A stretch of DNA of 64,000 bases from an uncultured Erysipelotrichaceae bacterium (GCA_945877405.1 CAMCSA010000003.1:20989-84988), one strand, 5' to 3'; positions 9,272 to 20,313 are shown, counted from the stretch's first letter. Numbers and translations: made by a program. Notes: generated by a model from the sequence alone, not told the origin.

Positions 9272-9293
9272 TTATAAATATTCACTATTATAA
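9272..9293. promoter_or_regulatory. Candidate LysR-type operator (TTATAA-N10-TTATAA) in the divergent intergenic region
   Basis: A dyad of two palindromic TTATAA hexamers lies between the LysR and desulfidase genes. Confidence 0.25.
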
Positions 9294-9337
9294 AACAATA
9301 CTACCATGTAAAATGACAATGGAAAAGAGGAACTGAC

Positions 9338-10618
9338 ATGAACAGAAATGATGAACTTTACGAAAAGTATGTATCCATACTCAAAGAAGAACTAGTACCG
9401 GCTATGGGCTGTACAGAACCGATTGCAATTGCCTATGGAGCTTCTCTTGCATCAGGGTATCTTACAAAACTGCCGGAAAAAGTAGTCATAGAAGCAAGTG
9501 GCAGTATTATCAAAAACGTCAAAAGTGTTATTGTACCTAACACCCATCATCTGAAAGGAATGTCTGCAGCAGCAGCCAGCGGCATCATTGCCGGTGATCC
9601 AAAGCGTAAACTGGAAGTTATATCCGATGTATGTGAAGAAAAGAAATGCCAGATTGAGGAATTTCTGAAAACAACAGAATTTGAAGAAAAGTTTCTGGAA
9701 TCTGATTCTGTATTTGATCTGAAGATTACATTGTATGAGGGTGGACATCGTGTTACTGTACGGATCAGGGATACACATACCAATGTTGTCCTGATCGAGT
9801 GTGATGACCACATTATTCTTAAAAGTACAGAATCTGTGCAACATTCAGTTCGCACAGATCATTCCATATTGAATATGAAAGGTATTTATGACTTTGCTAC
9901 TACATGTGATCTGCAGGATGTGAGAGTAATACTGAATAACCAGATCCGATGTAATATGGCGATTGCGGAAGAAGGACTGCGCCATGAATATGGTGCCAAT
10001 ATCGGTAAGGTATTATTGAAACATGGTGGTAATGATGTATCCACCAAAGCAAAAGCAATGGCAGCTGCTGCAAGTGATGCCAGAATGAATGGTTGTGAAC
10101 TGCCTGTTATCATCAATTCCGGCAGTGGTAACCAGGGTATTACATGTTCTGTACCTGTTTATGTATATGCAAATGAATATGATGTGAGTGAAGAACGGTT
10201 ATTGCGTGCATTGATCATATCCAATCTGACAGCCATACATGAAAAGACAAAGATCGGTACATTATCTGCGTTCTGTGGTGCAATCTCAGCCGGAGCTGGG
10301 GCTGGAGCAGGCATTGCCTATGTACTTGGAGCGGACTATGAAGGCGTGATCCATACGGTTGTCAATGCCCTTGCGATCAGTTCTGGTGTGATCTGCGATG
10401 GAGCAAAGGCAAGCTGTGCCGCAAAGATCGCAACAGGTGTAGATTCCGGTATTTTCGGCTATCAGATGTATCTGGAAGGGCAGCAGTTTGTTGGTGGTGA
10501 TGGGATTATCGTCAAAGGAATTGAAAATACGATTGCCAATATCGGAAGACTTGGTTCTTCCGGCATGAAGGAAACAAACAGAGAAATCATTTCAATGATG
10601 ATCGGGGAGAAACAATAG
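9338..10618 (+). CDS. cyuA: L-cysteine desulfidase family protein (UPF0597, YhaM/CyuA-like)
   Basis: VPAMGCTEPIAIAYGASLA, ASDARMNGCELPVIINSGSGNQGIT, ICDGAKASCAAKIATG. These match my recollection of E. coli YhaM along the whole length. Confidence 0.85.
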   Translation: MNRNDELYEKYVSILKEELVPAMGCTEPIAIAYGASLASGYLTKLPEKVVIEASGSIIKNVKSVIVPNTHHLKGMSAAAASGIIAGDPKRKLEVISDVCEEKKCQIEEFLKTTEFEEKFLESDSVFDLKITLYEGGHRVTVRIRDTHTNVVLIECDDHIILKSTESVQHSVRTDHSILNMKGIYDFATTCDLQDVRVILNNQIRCNMAIAEEGLRHEYGANIGKVLLKHGGNDVSTKAKAMAAAASDARMNGCELPVIINSGSGNQGITCSVPVYVYANEYDVSEERLLRALIISNLTAIHEKTKIGTLSAFCGAISAGAGAGAGIAYVLGADYEGVIHTVVNALAISSGVICDGAKASCAAKIATGVDSGIFGYQMYLEGQQFVGGDGIIVKGIENTIANIGRLGSSGMKETNREIISMMIGEKQ

Positions 10619-10622
10619 AGTT

Positions 10623-11051
10623 ATGGATACAGATGCTTATCGGATCTTGAAACTGGAACAGTCATTGTTTCATACACCATACATGCATAATGTATCCTTT
10701 CTGGATCAGATCATTGATGTAGATTTCATGGAAATCGGAAAAAGCGGAAAAATCTTTACAAAAGATAACATCATTGCATCATTATTACAGGAAACAGAAG
10801 ACAGAAGGATAACCATGTACAATTATACTTGTACTCCTTTGGATGAAAAGATCTTCAAGGTACATTACATCACACTGGATGGTATGGATCAGATACTACG
10901 CACTTCCATCTGGAAGAAGGAAAACAATGCATATGTTATTGTGTTCCATCAGGCATCACGGATGAAAGAAAAAACACAACTGAAAGAAACAGAAACCTGT
11001 ATGCACCGATCCGTCTTGTCAGACTGGATGAAACATACAGAAGACAGCTGA
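10623..11051 (+). CDS. NTF2-like/DUF4440 family protein
   Basis: Pattern FLDQIIDVDFMEIGKSGKIF ... RTSIWKKENNAYVIVFHQAS is typical of DUF4440. Confidence 0.65.
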   Translation: MDTDAYRILKLEQSLFHTPYMHNVSFLDQIIDVDFMEIGKSGKIFTKDNIIASLLQETEDRRITMYNYTCTPLDEKIFKVHYITLDGMDQILRTSIWKKENNAYVIVFHQASRMKEKTQLKETETCMHRSVLSDWMKHTEDS

Positions 11052-11557
11052 TGGAAATGATGCAGGAATGGAGAAAATATAACACCACTCCCGGTGCCAA
11101 TCATTCCCCATCCGCGATCTTCCGCAATGATGAAACACATTTTGAAGCATACATCCATCAACTGGAACATCATCAGACAACAGATCAGTATGTCAAAGAC
11201 TGTGTGCTGTTCTGTTACCATGAAAAAGATGATGCCTTGATCGGTGCCGTCAATATCCGCATGGATTTAAATGAAGGACTCCTCTATGATGGAGGTCATA
11301 TCGGAGATGGGATCCGTCCATCGTATCGTAGAAAAGGCTACGGTACACAGATGGTACATCTTGCCTTACAGGAATGTCGAAAGCTTGGTATGAAGAAAGT
11401 ATTGATGTGTTGTGATCACAACAATGAAGCAAGCAGGGCAACTATTGTACGCAATGGCGGTATCCTTGAAAACATGGTTGTCAGTGATGATGAAGGTATT
11501 ACGGAACGATACTGGATCCATCTGTTTTCAGATTCTGAAAATAATTACCGGTTTTGA
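11051..11557 (+). CDS. GNAT-family N-acetyltransferase
   Basis: Acetyl-CoA motif RRKGYGTQMVHLALQECRKLG. Shares 1 nt (TGATG) with the upstream gene. Confidence 0.8.
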   Translation: MEMMQEWRKYNTTPGANHSPSAIFRNDETHFEAYIHQLEHHQTTDQYVKDCVLFCYHEKDDALIGAVNIRMDLNEGLLYDGGHIGDGIRPSYRRKGYGTQMVHLALQECRKLGMKKVLMCCDHNNEASRATIVRNGGILENMVVSDDEGITERYWIHLFSDSENNYRF

Positions 11558-11568
11558 ATAAACAGGTA

Positions 11569-11574
11569 TACAAT
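11569..11574 (+). promoter_or_regulatory. -10 box TACAAT 7 nt before the ATG at 11582 (leaderless-type)
   Basis: Sequence is gtaTACAATacttggcATG, with no SD. Confidence 0.45.
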
Positions 11575-11581
11575 ACTTGGC

Positions 11582-12955
11582 ATGGATAAGAAAAAAGAAC
11601 TGTTTGAAACGATGCCTTTGAATAAGGCAATCATCCAGCTTGTCATACCGAATATCGTCGGTTCGCTGGTTATGATTCTCTATAACCTTGCAGATACCTA
11701 CTTTGTAGGTCTGCTGAATGATCCGGTGCAGACATCTGCAGTCACACTGATATCTGTACTGTTATTGTTGTTTAATGCGATCAACAACCTGTTTGGTGTT
11801 GGTACATCCTCTTTGATGTCAAGGTTTCTAGGCGCAAAAAAAGAAGAAGATGCAAAGAATGCAAGTGCGACCGGGTTTTATCTTGGCGTGGTATCCGCCA
11901 TTGCATTTACAGTGATCTGCTTTGTATTCAAGACACCGATTCTGCATCTTCTGGGTGCAGATGCAACAACATTTGATGCCTCATACAGATATATGTTCTG
12001 GGCAGTCAATGTCGGAGCATTACCATCCATCATGAATGTCGTCATGGGATACATGATCAAAAGTGAAGGGGATGCATTACGTGCTTCCATTGGTACGATT
12101 TCCGGATGCATTCTGAATATCATCCTTGACCCGATCTTTGTATTACCACAGTATCTTGGCATGGGTGTTGAAGGTGCAGGACTTGCCACATTCATTTCCA
12201 ACTGTTTTGCCTTCCTGTACTTCATCCAGCTTGTACTGATCCGTAAACGTGGTCAGACGATCGTATCTTTGAATCCAAGACGAGTTACATTTGACGGGTA
12301 TATTCTCAAAGGTATTGCTGGGGTTGGTGTTCCTGCCTCCATTCAAAATATGCTGAATGTTGTCGGTCAAACGATTTTGAATAACTTTGCGGCAGCCTTT
12401 GGTGCTACTGCGATTGCTGCAATCGGCATTTCATTCCGTCTGAGCAATATCTGTTTTGGACTTGTTATGGGCTTAAGCCAGGGTGTCATGCCACTTGTAT
12501 CGTATAACTATGCATCAGGCAATATTACAAGAATGAAGCAGGCAACCTATAAAACACTGAAAATGACCGCAACCGCTCTTGTTGTTGCATGTATTTTCTA
12601 TGTAACTTGCTCTGATTTCCTGATTTCCTGCTTTATTGAAAATCCTGAAGTCATCGCAATCGGAGCAGTCGTATTAAAAGGATTTGCTCTTGCAATGCCG
12701 TTTATCGGAATTGACTTTGTTGGTGTTGGTGTATTCCAGGCAACCGGTTATGGCAGAATGAGTCTGCTGTTTGCGATCGCAAGAAAGATCATTCTGGAAA
12801 TTCCATTCCTGTTTGTTCTGAATGCAATCTGGCCATTATATGGACTGGGATATGCACAGTTCTGTGCAGAATTCATTCTGGCAATCATTTCTTCCCTTGT
12901 CTTACGACATCTGTTCAAAGGATGGGAAAGCAGAAATCCTGCAGTAAATGCATGA
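11582..12955 (+). CDS. MATE-family efflux transporter
   Basis: 457 aa with 12 predicted TM helices. N-terminus (LNKAIIQLVIPNIVGSLVMILYNLADTYFVG) is typical of MATE. Confidence 0.9.
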   Translation: MDKKKELFETMPLNKAIIQLVIPNIVGSLVMILYNLADTYFVGLLNDPVQTSAVTLISVLLLLFNAINNLFGVGTSSLMSRFLGAKKEEDAKNASATGFYLGVVSAIAFTVICFVFKTPILHLLGADATTFDASYRYMFWAVNVGALPSIMNVVMGYMIKSEGDALRASIGTISGCILNIILDPIFVLPQYLGMGVEGAGLATFISNCFAFLYFIQLVLIRKRGQTIVSLNPRRVTFDGYILKGIAGVGVPASIQNMLNVVGQTILNNFAAAFGATAIAAIGISFRLSNICFGLVMGLSQGVMPLVSYNYASGNITRMKQATYKTLKMTATALVVACIFYVTCSDFLISCFIENPEVIAIGAVVLKGFALAMPFIGIDFVGVGVFQATGYGRMSLLFAIARKIILEIPFLFVLNAIWPLYGLGYAQFCAEFILAIISSLVLRHLFKGWESRNPAVNA

Positions 12956-12961
12956 AACGTT

Positions 12962-12994
12962 GGACTGATCTGAATGAAGGGTCAGTCCTTTTTT
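12962..12994 (+). terminator. Intrinsic terminator after the MATE gene
   Basis: Stem GGACTGATC/GGTCAGTCC followed by T6. Confidence 0.7.
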
Positions 12995-13021
12995 GACATG
13001 TTTCATTGTTTATGTCACAAT
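12993..13021 (+). promoter_or_regulatory. Promoter TTGACA-17-CACAAT, 6 nt before the ATG at 13028 (leaderless-type)
   Basis: Perfect -35, 17-nt spacer, then a -10 box followed by ttctgcATG. Confidence 0.6.
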
Positions 13022-13027
13022 TTCTGC

Positions 13028-14242
13028 ATGATCCAGACTGTTTTGAAATATATGTTGTGTCTGTTTACTGCCATCTGCTGTTGTGGCTGTAGACCATACG
13101 AAAAGATTACCCGCATCCTTTTTGCTTCTGATCTGCATTATCTCAGTGATGAACTGTATGATGATGGAGAAGCATTCCTTTCTGTTGTCACAAATGCTGA
13201 TGGAAAATACATGCCATATATTGTACAGATCACTGATGCGTTTGTGGATCAGGTGAGTACAGATCAGCCAGATGTGCTTGTGCTTAGTGGTGATCTGACA
13301 TTCAATGGAGAAAAGATTTCACATGAACATCTTACACAAAAGCTGGAAAAAATTGAACAAAACGGGATCCGTGTATGTGTGATACCAGGTAACCACGATA
13401 TTGAAAACCCATATGCCAGGAAGTATGAGGAAGATGAAGTATTGTTTACAGGCAGTATTTCACGTGACAGCTTTGTAGAGATGTATGATGCATTCGGTTA
13501 TGAGGATGCGTTATACAAGGACCGTGAATCCTTTTCCTATGTAACAGAAGTGGACGAACATACGTGGCTGTTACTGCTTGATGTCAATGCATCTATGTGC
13601 ACCAATGCATTCACTCAGAATACTCTTAAATGGATTGAAGACGTATTACAGGCAGGCAAAAAAGAAGGGGTACATGTCATCAGTATAACGCATCAGAATC
13701 TGCTGCAGCATTCTTTATTCACCGATGGCTTCATCATTGATAACGCAGAAGACGTGATTTCTTTATTTGAAGAATATGGTGTCAGAGTTAACATGTCTGG
13801 CCATATGCACATTCAACATCAATCGTCTTCAGATGCATTACTGGAATGTACGGTTTCTGCTTTATCAGTTTCACCATTACAGTATGGTGTAATGGATGTT
13901 TCTGATGATCATATCTTGTATCATACAGAGCAACTAGATGTAGCAGAGTGGGCAAAGGATCATCATCTGGAAGGTTATGAAAACTTCCGTGATGATGCAG
14001 AAGATTTCTTTGTTGAAACCGGGAAGAAAAGAAAAAATGAACTTAATGTTCAAGAAGATCTGCTGGATGCCTATATGCGACTGAACTGTGCCTATTTTTC
14101 AGGATATCTAAGGAATGTGGAAATCAGTGAAGAAATGATCAGCCGATGGAAAGAATCAGATCCATATACCTGGATGTACATACAGTCCATATTACAGGAA
14201 AAGGGAAATGATTATCGCAGCTTTGAGATTGATCTCAACTGA
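13028..14242 (+). CDS. Exported/lipoprotein calcineurin-like metallophosphoesterase
   Basis: Signal peptide with Cys-rich lipobox (LFTAICCCGC). Metallophosphoesterase motifs SDLHY, SGDLTFNGE, IPGNHD, GHMH. The track start 12974 lies inside the upstream terminator. Confidence 0.8.
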   Translation: MIQTVLKYMLCLFTAICCCGCRPYEKITRILFASDLHYLSDELYDDGEAFLSVVTNADGKYMPYIVQITDAFVDQVSTDQPDVLVLSGDLTFNGEKISHEHLTQKLEKIEQNGIRVCVIPGNHDIENPYARKYEEDEVLFTGSISRDSFVEMYDAFGYEDALYKDRESFSYVTEVDEHTWLLLLDVNASMCTNAFTQNTLKWIEDVLQAGKKEGVHVISITHQNLLQHSLFTDGFIIDNAEDVISLFEEYGVRVNMSGHMHIQHQSSSDALLECTVSALSVSPLQYGVMDVSDDHILYHTEQLDVAEWAKDHHLEGYENFRDDAEDFFVETGKKRKNELNVQEDLLDAYMRLNCAYFSGYLRNVEISEEMISRWKESDPYTWMYIQSILQEKGNDYRSFEIDLN

Positions 14243-14268
14243 ATATTTCATCAGCAGTCTTTTCGTTG

Positions 14269-14274
14269 TACAAT
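14269..14274 (+). promoter_or_regulatory. -10 box TACAAT 7 nt before the ATG at 14282 (leaderless-type)
   Basis: Sequence is tgTACAATaagtaacATG, with no SD. Confidence 0.45.
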
Positions 14275-14281
14275 AAGTAAC

Positions 14282-15436
14282 ATGTTTTTAAAGTACAGGA
14301 AAACATTCATCAGCATCTTCTGTGTGCTTTCCATCATGATCTGTGCCATCTGTGGATGGTATTTTCTGCTTGGCGGGCAGACATGGATTGCCTATACTTG
14401 GCATGGTAATTACGAACTGCCATCGTTTGATCAGTCTACTTCCTATGCACCATTGTATACGGACGAAAAGATCACAGAAACGCTTGCAAACTATGCATGG
14501 CTATGTGACAACTATGATCTGGATCAGGTGACAGCAGACAGCTACGTCATACCAGGTCTTCAATCATCGGTTACACTGGAAGACTGGAATGATAATACGG
14601 CAGGGCCATCCGTCTGTACATCAATGACACCACAAGGCGTAGCCTTAACACAACAGTATCTTCTGATCAGTGAATACTGTCACACAGGCAGGCATCATTC
14701 TGTGATTCAGGTTATGGATCGCAACACGCACGAATTTGTTAAAACAGTTGTTCTTTTTGATATGAGTCATGTCGGTTCTTTGACTTATGACAGCGATCAT
14801 GATTTCATCTGGGTGTGCTGCCATGATGATGAAACAGGCTATGCCTATGTACGGGGTTTCTCACTTTCGGAGCTGGAAGCTTATGATTTTGCATCTGGAT
14901 TACCGATTACCTTTACGAGAAACTATCCGATCAAATCACAGAAAAGAGCTTCCTTCATGACCTATGATACACAGGCTTTGTATATCGGATATTTTTCTGC
15001 TGATATGAGTGGTGAATTTACGGTACAGAGATTTGATATGACTGCAAATGGGAATCTTGTTGTATATCCCAATGTTGATAAAGCGGATGAAAAGGAACCG
15101 GACAGCGTAGCCATGCCTACAATGAAGGAAGTCATCAACGGTGGCATGCAGGGCTATGCAAGAAATGATCATACGACAGTCATTCTGCGATCCTATGGAT
15201 CCAGTAATCCATCCAGAATACTGCTGTTTGATCAGCAACAGGATGATATTGGCATGAAGGATCTGACAAATGCAAATGCTCGAGAAACTGGCATTCTTCC
15301 TCCAATGGCAGAAGAAACCGCAATGGAGGGGGATGACCTGTATATCTGTTTTGAATCTGCTGCCTATGCCTATCGGGCCAGAAAGACAGACCATATTGAT
15401 CGGATTATCGTTCTGAAAGCTTCTTCGCGTAAATAA
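14282..15436 (+). CDS. Membrane-anchored extracytoplasmic protein of unknown function
   Basis: N-terminal TM helix (FISIFCVLSIMICAICGWYFLL) followed by a ~350-aa soluble domain. I recognise no family motif. Confidence 0.6.
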   Translation: MFLKYRKTFISIFCVLSIMICAICGWYFLLGGQTWIAYTWHGNYELPSFDQSTSYAPLYTDEKITETLANYAWLCDNYDLDQVTADSYVIPGLQSSVTLEDWNDNTAGPSVCTSMTPQGVALTQQYLLISEYCHTGRHHSVIQVMDRNTHEFVKTVVLFDMSHVGSLTYDSDHDFIWVCCHDDETGYAYVRGFSLSELEAYDFASGLPITFTRNYPIKSQKRASFMTYDTQALYIGYFSADMSGEFTVQRFDMTANGNLVVYPNVDKADEKEPDSVAMPTMKEVINGGMQGYARNDHTTVILRSYGSSNPSRILLFDQQQDDIGMKDLTNANARETGILPPMAEETAMEGDDLYICFESAAYAYRARKTDHIDRIIVLKASSRK

Positions 15437-15449
15437 AAAGAACTGCAGG

Positions 15450-16808
15450 CTAAGCCTGAATCAGTCCCTGTATGAGAATCACAAGTATCATGATCGGTAC
15501 AACAATCCGAAAATACCATTTCAGCCAATCCGGAATCCTGATTCCTTTTCCTCTGTTAGCTTCATTCCGGTAGTTTTCAAATCCCCATCCATAAAGCGTG
15601 ACACAGAATAACAGATAGACAAGTGATCCTGATGGCAACAGCAGATTGGATACGATAAAATCTTCCGAATCAAGAATATCTCTGCCATTGATCAGATGGA
15701 TGTGTTTCCATACATTATATCCAAGCACACATGGCATGCTTGTGATCAGTACGATCACAAGGTTGATGACCACTGTCTTTTTTCTGCTCCATCCGAATGT
15801 ATCCATGCATGTGGATATGATATTTTCAAATACGGCAATCACGGTAGAAAAACTTGCGAATGTCATAAACATGAAAAACAGCGTACCCCACAATCTGCCA
15901 CCAGTCATGTTCACAAATACATGCGGCAATGTTTCAAATATCAGTCCAGGTCCAGCATTGACACTGATGCCATAGCTGAAGCATGCCGGAAAAATAATGA
16001 GACCGGAACATACCGCAACAAACGTATCCAGCAGGCAGATTTGAATGCCTTCCGATACGAGGGTATGATCTTCATTCATATAGGAACCGAAGATTTCCAT
16101 TGCTCCGATGCCTAAGGAAAGCGTAAAGAATGCCTGATTCATCGCTGATGTAATGATAGAACCGATGTCATAAGTGGAAGAAAAATCCGGTAGCAGATAG
16201 AAACGGATGCCCTGGGATGCTCCTGGAAGAAAAAACGAATGGACTACAAGAATAAGGATCAGAACAAGCAGGGCACTCATCATGAATCTTGATACTTTTT
16301 CCAGTCCTTTCTGCAATGATCTGGAGCAGACAAGAAAACCGGCAATAACAATAACTGCCATAAACAGTGTCATTTCAGTTGGAGAAGAAAGCAGAGATGC
16401 GAATACTCCAGATATTTCCTCACTGCCCATTCCTGCTGTAAACCTGCCACAGGCAAAACGGACAAAATAGGAAAGCATCCAACCGGATACAGTTGTGTAA
16501 TACATCATCAGCATGTAATTGCCAAGCAATGCAATCCAGCCATGCAGATGCCATTTGGATCCTTTCGGTTCCAGTTTTTCGTAGGCTCTGACAGCACTGA
16601 GTTTTGAAGCTCTGCCGACTGCCAGTTCCATGGTCAATACCGGTAACCCCATCAGAAGCAGAAACAGAAGATATACTGCTACAAATAATCCTCCGCCATT
16701 CTGACCGGCAACATATGGAAACCGCCATACATTACCGATACCGATTGCACATCCTGCTGCGACAAGAATAAAACCGATTCTTGACTGAAATGTGTCTCTT
16801 TTCATCAT
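15450..16808 (-). CDS. Sodium-dependent transporter, SNF (neurotransmitter:sodium symporter) family
   Basis: GCAIGIGNVWRFPY motif and 11-12 TM helices. Confidence 0.9.
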   Translation of the reverse strand: MMKRDTFQSRIGFILVAAGCAIGIGNVWRFPYVAGQNGGGLFVAVYLLFLLLMGLPVLTMELAVGRASKLSAVRAYEKLEPKGSKWHLHGWIALLGNYMLMMYYTTVSGWMLSYFVRFACGRFTAGMGSEEISGVFASLLSSPTEMTLFMAVIVIAGFLVCSRSLQKGLEKVSRFMMSALLVLILILVVHSFFLPGASQGIRFYLLPDFSSTYDIGSIITSAMNQAFFTLSLGIGAMEIFGSYMNEDHTLVSEGIQICLLDTFVAVCSGLIIFPACFSYGISVNAGPGLIFETLPHVFVNMTGGRLWGTLFFMFMTFASFSTVIAVFENIISTCMDTFGWSRKKTVVINLVIVLITSMPCVLGYNVWKHIHLINGRDILDSEDFIVSNLLLPSGSLVYLLFCVTLYGWGFENYRNEANRGKGIRIPDWLKWYFRIVVPIMILVILIQGLIQA

Positions 16809-16962
16809 TCACCTCAAATATGCATACCTGTCCATTATACAGAAGTGGTTCTAAAATACAAACATGTAAAGAAACAGTATTCCTGTTTTTGGAATATCAT
16901 GAAAAGTATCGGTTGAAAAAATCAATTGAAAGCATAGAATAAAAGGAGTTGAGGATGAACAA

Positions 16963-17556
16963 ATGGCAAAGCTTTATTTTTTCTATGGAGCAATGGGAAG
17001 CTCCAAATCTGCCAATGCATTAATGGTGGAATACAATTATCGTGAAAGAGGGCAGAAAGTACTTCTTGCCAAAACAAATATTGATACAAGAGATGGGGTG
17101 AATCTGATTCATTCCAGAATCGGTTTATCAAGGCAGTGTGTACTGTTATCGGATGTCTGCAATATGAGCGATGAACAGATCCGTTCATATGATGCTGTGA
17201 TTGTTGATGAAATCCAGTTTGCCAAGACGGATGAAGTGGATTTTCTTGCGCATATTGTAGATGATCTGGATGTACCTGTCATGTGTTATGGATTACGGTC
17301 TGATTTCCAGTCTCATTTATTTGAAGGCAGTCGCAGAATTCTTGAAATCTGTGATGAAATCAAGGAAATCAAGACGATGTGCTGGTGTGGACGTAAAGCG
17401 ACATGTAATGCCCGCTACAATGAAAACGGTATTGTACGGGAAGGGGCACAGGTTATGCTTGGCGCTAATGACGAATATATTGCCTTGTGCAGAAAACATT
17501 TCAATGAAGGCAGACTGCACAAAGAGGAAGATGAACCTGTCGGTTTAACGGATTAG
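16963..17556 (+). CDS. tdk: Thymidine kinase
   Basis: P-loop GAMGSSKS, VIVDEIQF, and zinc ribbon CWCGRKATCNAR...LCRKH. Confidence 0.95.
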   Translation: MAKLYFFYGAMGSSKSANALMVEYNYRERGQKVLLAKTNIDTRDGVNLIHSRIGLSRQCVLLSDVCNMSDEQIRSYDAVIVDEIQFAKTDEVDFLAHIVDDLDVPVMCYGLRSDFQSHLFEGSRRILEICDEIKEIKTMCWCGRKATCNARYNENGIVREGAQVMLGANDEYIALCRKHFNEGRLHKEEDEPVGLTD

Positions 17557-17590
17557 AAAAACGGATTGTCGATGACAGTCCGTTTTTTTC
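17556..17590. terminator. Bidirectional terminator between tdk and the UPF0371 gene
   Basis: Stem ACGGATTGTC/GACAGTCCGT flanked by an A-run and a T-run. Confidence 0.7.
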
Positions 17591-19078
17591 TTAGTGTTTA
17601 TGATACAGTTTTTTCTGCTCGTAGATCGGGTCATAGGTGACATTGACACCAAGACGTCTGAAGATTTCTGAGTCTTCCAGCGGCAGTACAACAGAGCAGT
17701 GTGCTTCTGACCCACGGATCCTGCTCAGACATTCCATTGCTTTTTTCGCATATGGATTTGTTTCGGAAATCATTGCCAGTGCGATCAGTACTTCATCGGA
17801 ATGAAGTCTTGGATTCTGGTTGCCAAGATGATTGACCTTCAATTGCTGTATGCATTTGACGGATTCCTTATCCAGCAGTTTTTCTTCATCACTGATGCCT
17901 GCAAGCTCTTTTAACGCATTGATGATGACGGAAGCAGATGGGCCAAACAGGGAAGAAGTCTTACCGGTCAGAATTGTTCCATCCGGAAGCTCGATTGCCA
18001 TTGCACCAGCACCGGTTGCTTCTGCCTTTTCTCTTGCGGCATTAACAACCTTACGGTCAACAGGGGAAATACCGCATTTGTTCATCAGCAATTCGATCTT
18101 CTGTACAGATGTCTCAGGCAGTCTGTCTTTTTTTACCTGCATCAGAGTTTCAAAATATCTGCGGATGATTTCCTGGCGGGATGCTTCCTTTGCAGCTTCT
18201 TCATTTTCAATGCAGAAACCGACCATGTTGACACCCATGTCTGTTGGTGAACGATATGGGCTGACCTTCATGATTCTTTCGATGATACGATTGAGAACCG
18301 GGAAGATCTCAATATCTCTGTTATAGTTGACTGCTGTTTTACCATAGGCTTCCAGATGGTATGGATCAATCATATTCAGATCATCCAGATCAGCTGTCGC
18401 TGCTTCATAGGCCAGATTGACTGGATGATGCAGGGGAAGATTCCATACAGGGAATGTTTCAAACTTGGCATAGCCGGAACAGATTCCATGAGCCTGGTCA
18501 TGATACATCTGAGAGATGCATGTTGCCATCTTACCGGAACCTGGCCCTGGTGCAGTCACAACAACGAGCTTTCTTGTTGTTGGAACATACTGATTTCTTC
18601 CAAGTCCTTCCTCAGATACGATATGATCGACATCTGTCGGATATCCTTTGATCGGATAATGCAGATAGGAGGCAATACCTGCCTTTTCAAGTCTGTTGCG
18701 GAAGGCATCAACACCATTCTGGTGTACATACTGAGTAATGACAACTGAGCCGACATACAGATTCAGTTCTTTAAAGGCATCAATCAGACGGAACACTTCC
18801 TGATCATAGGAGATACCAAGGTCTCCACGGGCCTTTGAATTTTCAATATTGTTGGCATTAATACAGATGATCAGTTCCACTTCATCCTTAAGTTCAGATA
18901 GAAGCCTGATTTTATTGTTCGGATCATATCCTGGCAGAACTCTTGCTGCATGAGAATCCTGGAACATCTTACCGCCGAATTCCAAATACAGCTTTCCGGA
19001 AAACATATGAATTCTTTCCAGAATCTTGTCCCTCTGCATGCTGAGGTATTTTTCTGAATCAAATGCTTTTTTGAACAT
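17591..19078 (-). CDS. UPF0371/DUF1846 family protein (conserved, function unknown)
   Basis: 495 aa. N-terminus [23 protein letters not shown] and overall length fit the Firmicutes UPF0371 family. Confidence 0.8.
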   Translation of the reverse strand: MFKKAFDSEKYLSMQRDKILERIHMFSGKLYLEFGGKMFQDSHAARVLPGYDPNNKIRLLSELKDEVELIICINANNIENSKARGDLGISYDQEVFRLIDAFKELNLYVGSVVITQYVHQNGVDAFRNRLEKAGIASYLHYPIKGYPTDVDHIVSEEGLGRNQYVPTTRKLVVVTAPGPGSGKMATCISQMYHDQAHGICSGYAKFETFPVWNLPLHHPVNLAYEAATADLDDLNMIDPYHLEAYGKTAVNYNRDIEIFPVLNRIIERIMKVSPYRSPTDMGVNMVGFCIENEEAAKEASRQEIIRRYFETLMQVKKDRLPETSVQKIELLMNKCGISPVDRKVVNAAREKAEATGAGAMAIELPDGTILTGKTSSLFGPSASVIINALKELAGISDEEKLLDKESVKCIQQLKVNHLGNQNPRLHSDEVLIALAMISETNPYAKKAMECLSRIRGSEAHCSVVLPLEDSEIFRRLGVNVTYDPIYEQKKLYHKH

Positions 19079-19139
19079 ATCACACCATCCTTAACCGTTA
19101 TAGTATACAGGAAACCATGTCTGATGACACAGCAAAATT

Positions 19140-20306
19140 TTATTCATCTTCATTCAGCTGTTCTTCCACTTCCATTTTTGTACGTGCAATACTGGAAGAA
19201 AGGGACAGCGTGGAGACACACATCGTATGTGTCAGAATTTCATAACAGAGCACTTTTGAGCGATGCTGACGCAAGGTAGCAATCCATCCATCCAAAAGAA
19301 ACAGGCACCAGATTCCAACAAAGCAAAGTGCACAAAGAACTTTGGCTTTATGGATATACATGGCAGGAACATACTTACATAATGGAATGATCATGCATCC
19401 CTGCATCAATATGGTAATTCTGATGAATGTACGGATCATCAGCTGCCATGCTTTCGGTTTACCGCCATTACGATCCGATACGGTAATCCGTACGGCATGT
19501 CTGCCAATTGTACTTCCTTTGAAAATCAGTTGTTGTAATAAGAAGAATACATACATGACACCATAAATTAGAAGTATGACCTTCCATGTTTTCTTATCAG
19601 AAAACATATTCAAAGTCACAACTGTAATGACTGTACAGAACAGAAAATCAATATAGAAAGCAAGCAGTCTGCGGCAAAGTGTTACTGTAGTACCTTTTTT
19701 CTTCTGATATCGGTCAATCTGACGTAACGATGGCAGCACAGCAATGAATGCCGGTGTGAGAATATAACCGATGACGCCACCCATCGTATTTTCCAGAAGG
19801 TCATTGACGTCAAACAGTCGATACGGCACATCATAGATACCATAAAGTCCACTCAGCTGTGTCAGTTCAAAAAACAGCGACAGCACAAAGGAAAGAAGAA
19901 ATACCTGGTAGAATGGCCTGTGATAGTAATACCGTAAATAAATACCAAGCGGTACAAACATGATGACATTCAGCACCGGTTCCAAATAAATCGCATTCTT
20001 AAGAAAATGCAGAATACCTCCTGTGGAAGAAAAGTCATACTCTTGTGCGATCTCAGGAAGATAACTGAACAGATGCAGATTGTATCCTGCAGAGTCATAC
20101 ACAGTTCCCCGATCCGGTAATGGCAGAATCACAAGGAAGTAGCACATCATCAGATACAGAAGAAAAGAAAACACGACAACATACCGGTATGAAGATACCG
20201 ATCCATATTTCTGATACTGGCCGATCATAAATGGAACCGTGGCCAGCAGGGCAATGATCGGAAACAGGATCATTGCGGTTTTAGCGGCTATACTGAGACT
20301 GTACAT
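19140..20306 (-). CDS. VanZ-like membrane protein with C-terminal RDD domain
   Basis: VanZ-type helices (FFELTQL...DVNDLLENTMGGVIGY) followed by an RDD-like segment (CRRLLAFYIDFLF). Start chosen at ATG 20306, which sits 7 nt after a TACAAT box. Confidence 0.7.
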   Translation of the reverse strand: MYSLSIAAKTAMILFPIIALLATVPFMIGQYQKYGSVSSYRYVVVFSFLLYLMMCYFLVILPLPDRGTVYDSAGYNLHLFSYLPEIAQEYDFSSTGGILHFLKNAIYLEPVLNVIMFVPLGIYLRYYYHRPFYQVFLLSFVLSLFFELTQLSGLYGIYDVPYRLFDVNDLLENTMGGVIGYILTPAFIAVLPSLRQIDRYQKKKGTTVTLCRRLLAFYIDFLFCTVITVVTLNMFSDKKTWKVILLIYGVMYVFFLLQQLIFKGSTIGRHAVRITVSDRNGGKPKAWQLMIRTFIRITILMQGCMIIPLCKYVPAMYIHKAKVLCALCFVGIWCLFLLDGWIATLRQHRSKVLCYEILTHTMCVSTLSLSSSIARTKMEVEEQLNEDE

Positions 20307-20313
20307 GCTGAAA

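Noticed and set aside
10623-11557. GNAT toxin-antitoxin pair
   Set aside because: The upstream partner is an NTF2-like/DUF4440 protein, not an RHH/DUF1778-type antitoxin. The GNAT resembles ordinary small-molecule acetyltransferases. There is no support for a TA module.
12974-13027. Upstream extension of the metallophosphoesterase ORF
   Set aside because: The extension overlaps the MATE terminator and the TTGACA-17-CACAAT promoter. The signal peptide begins at the ATG at 13028.
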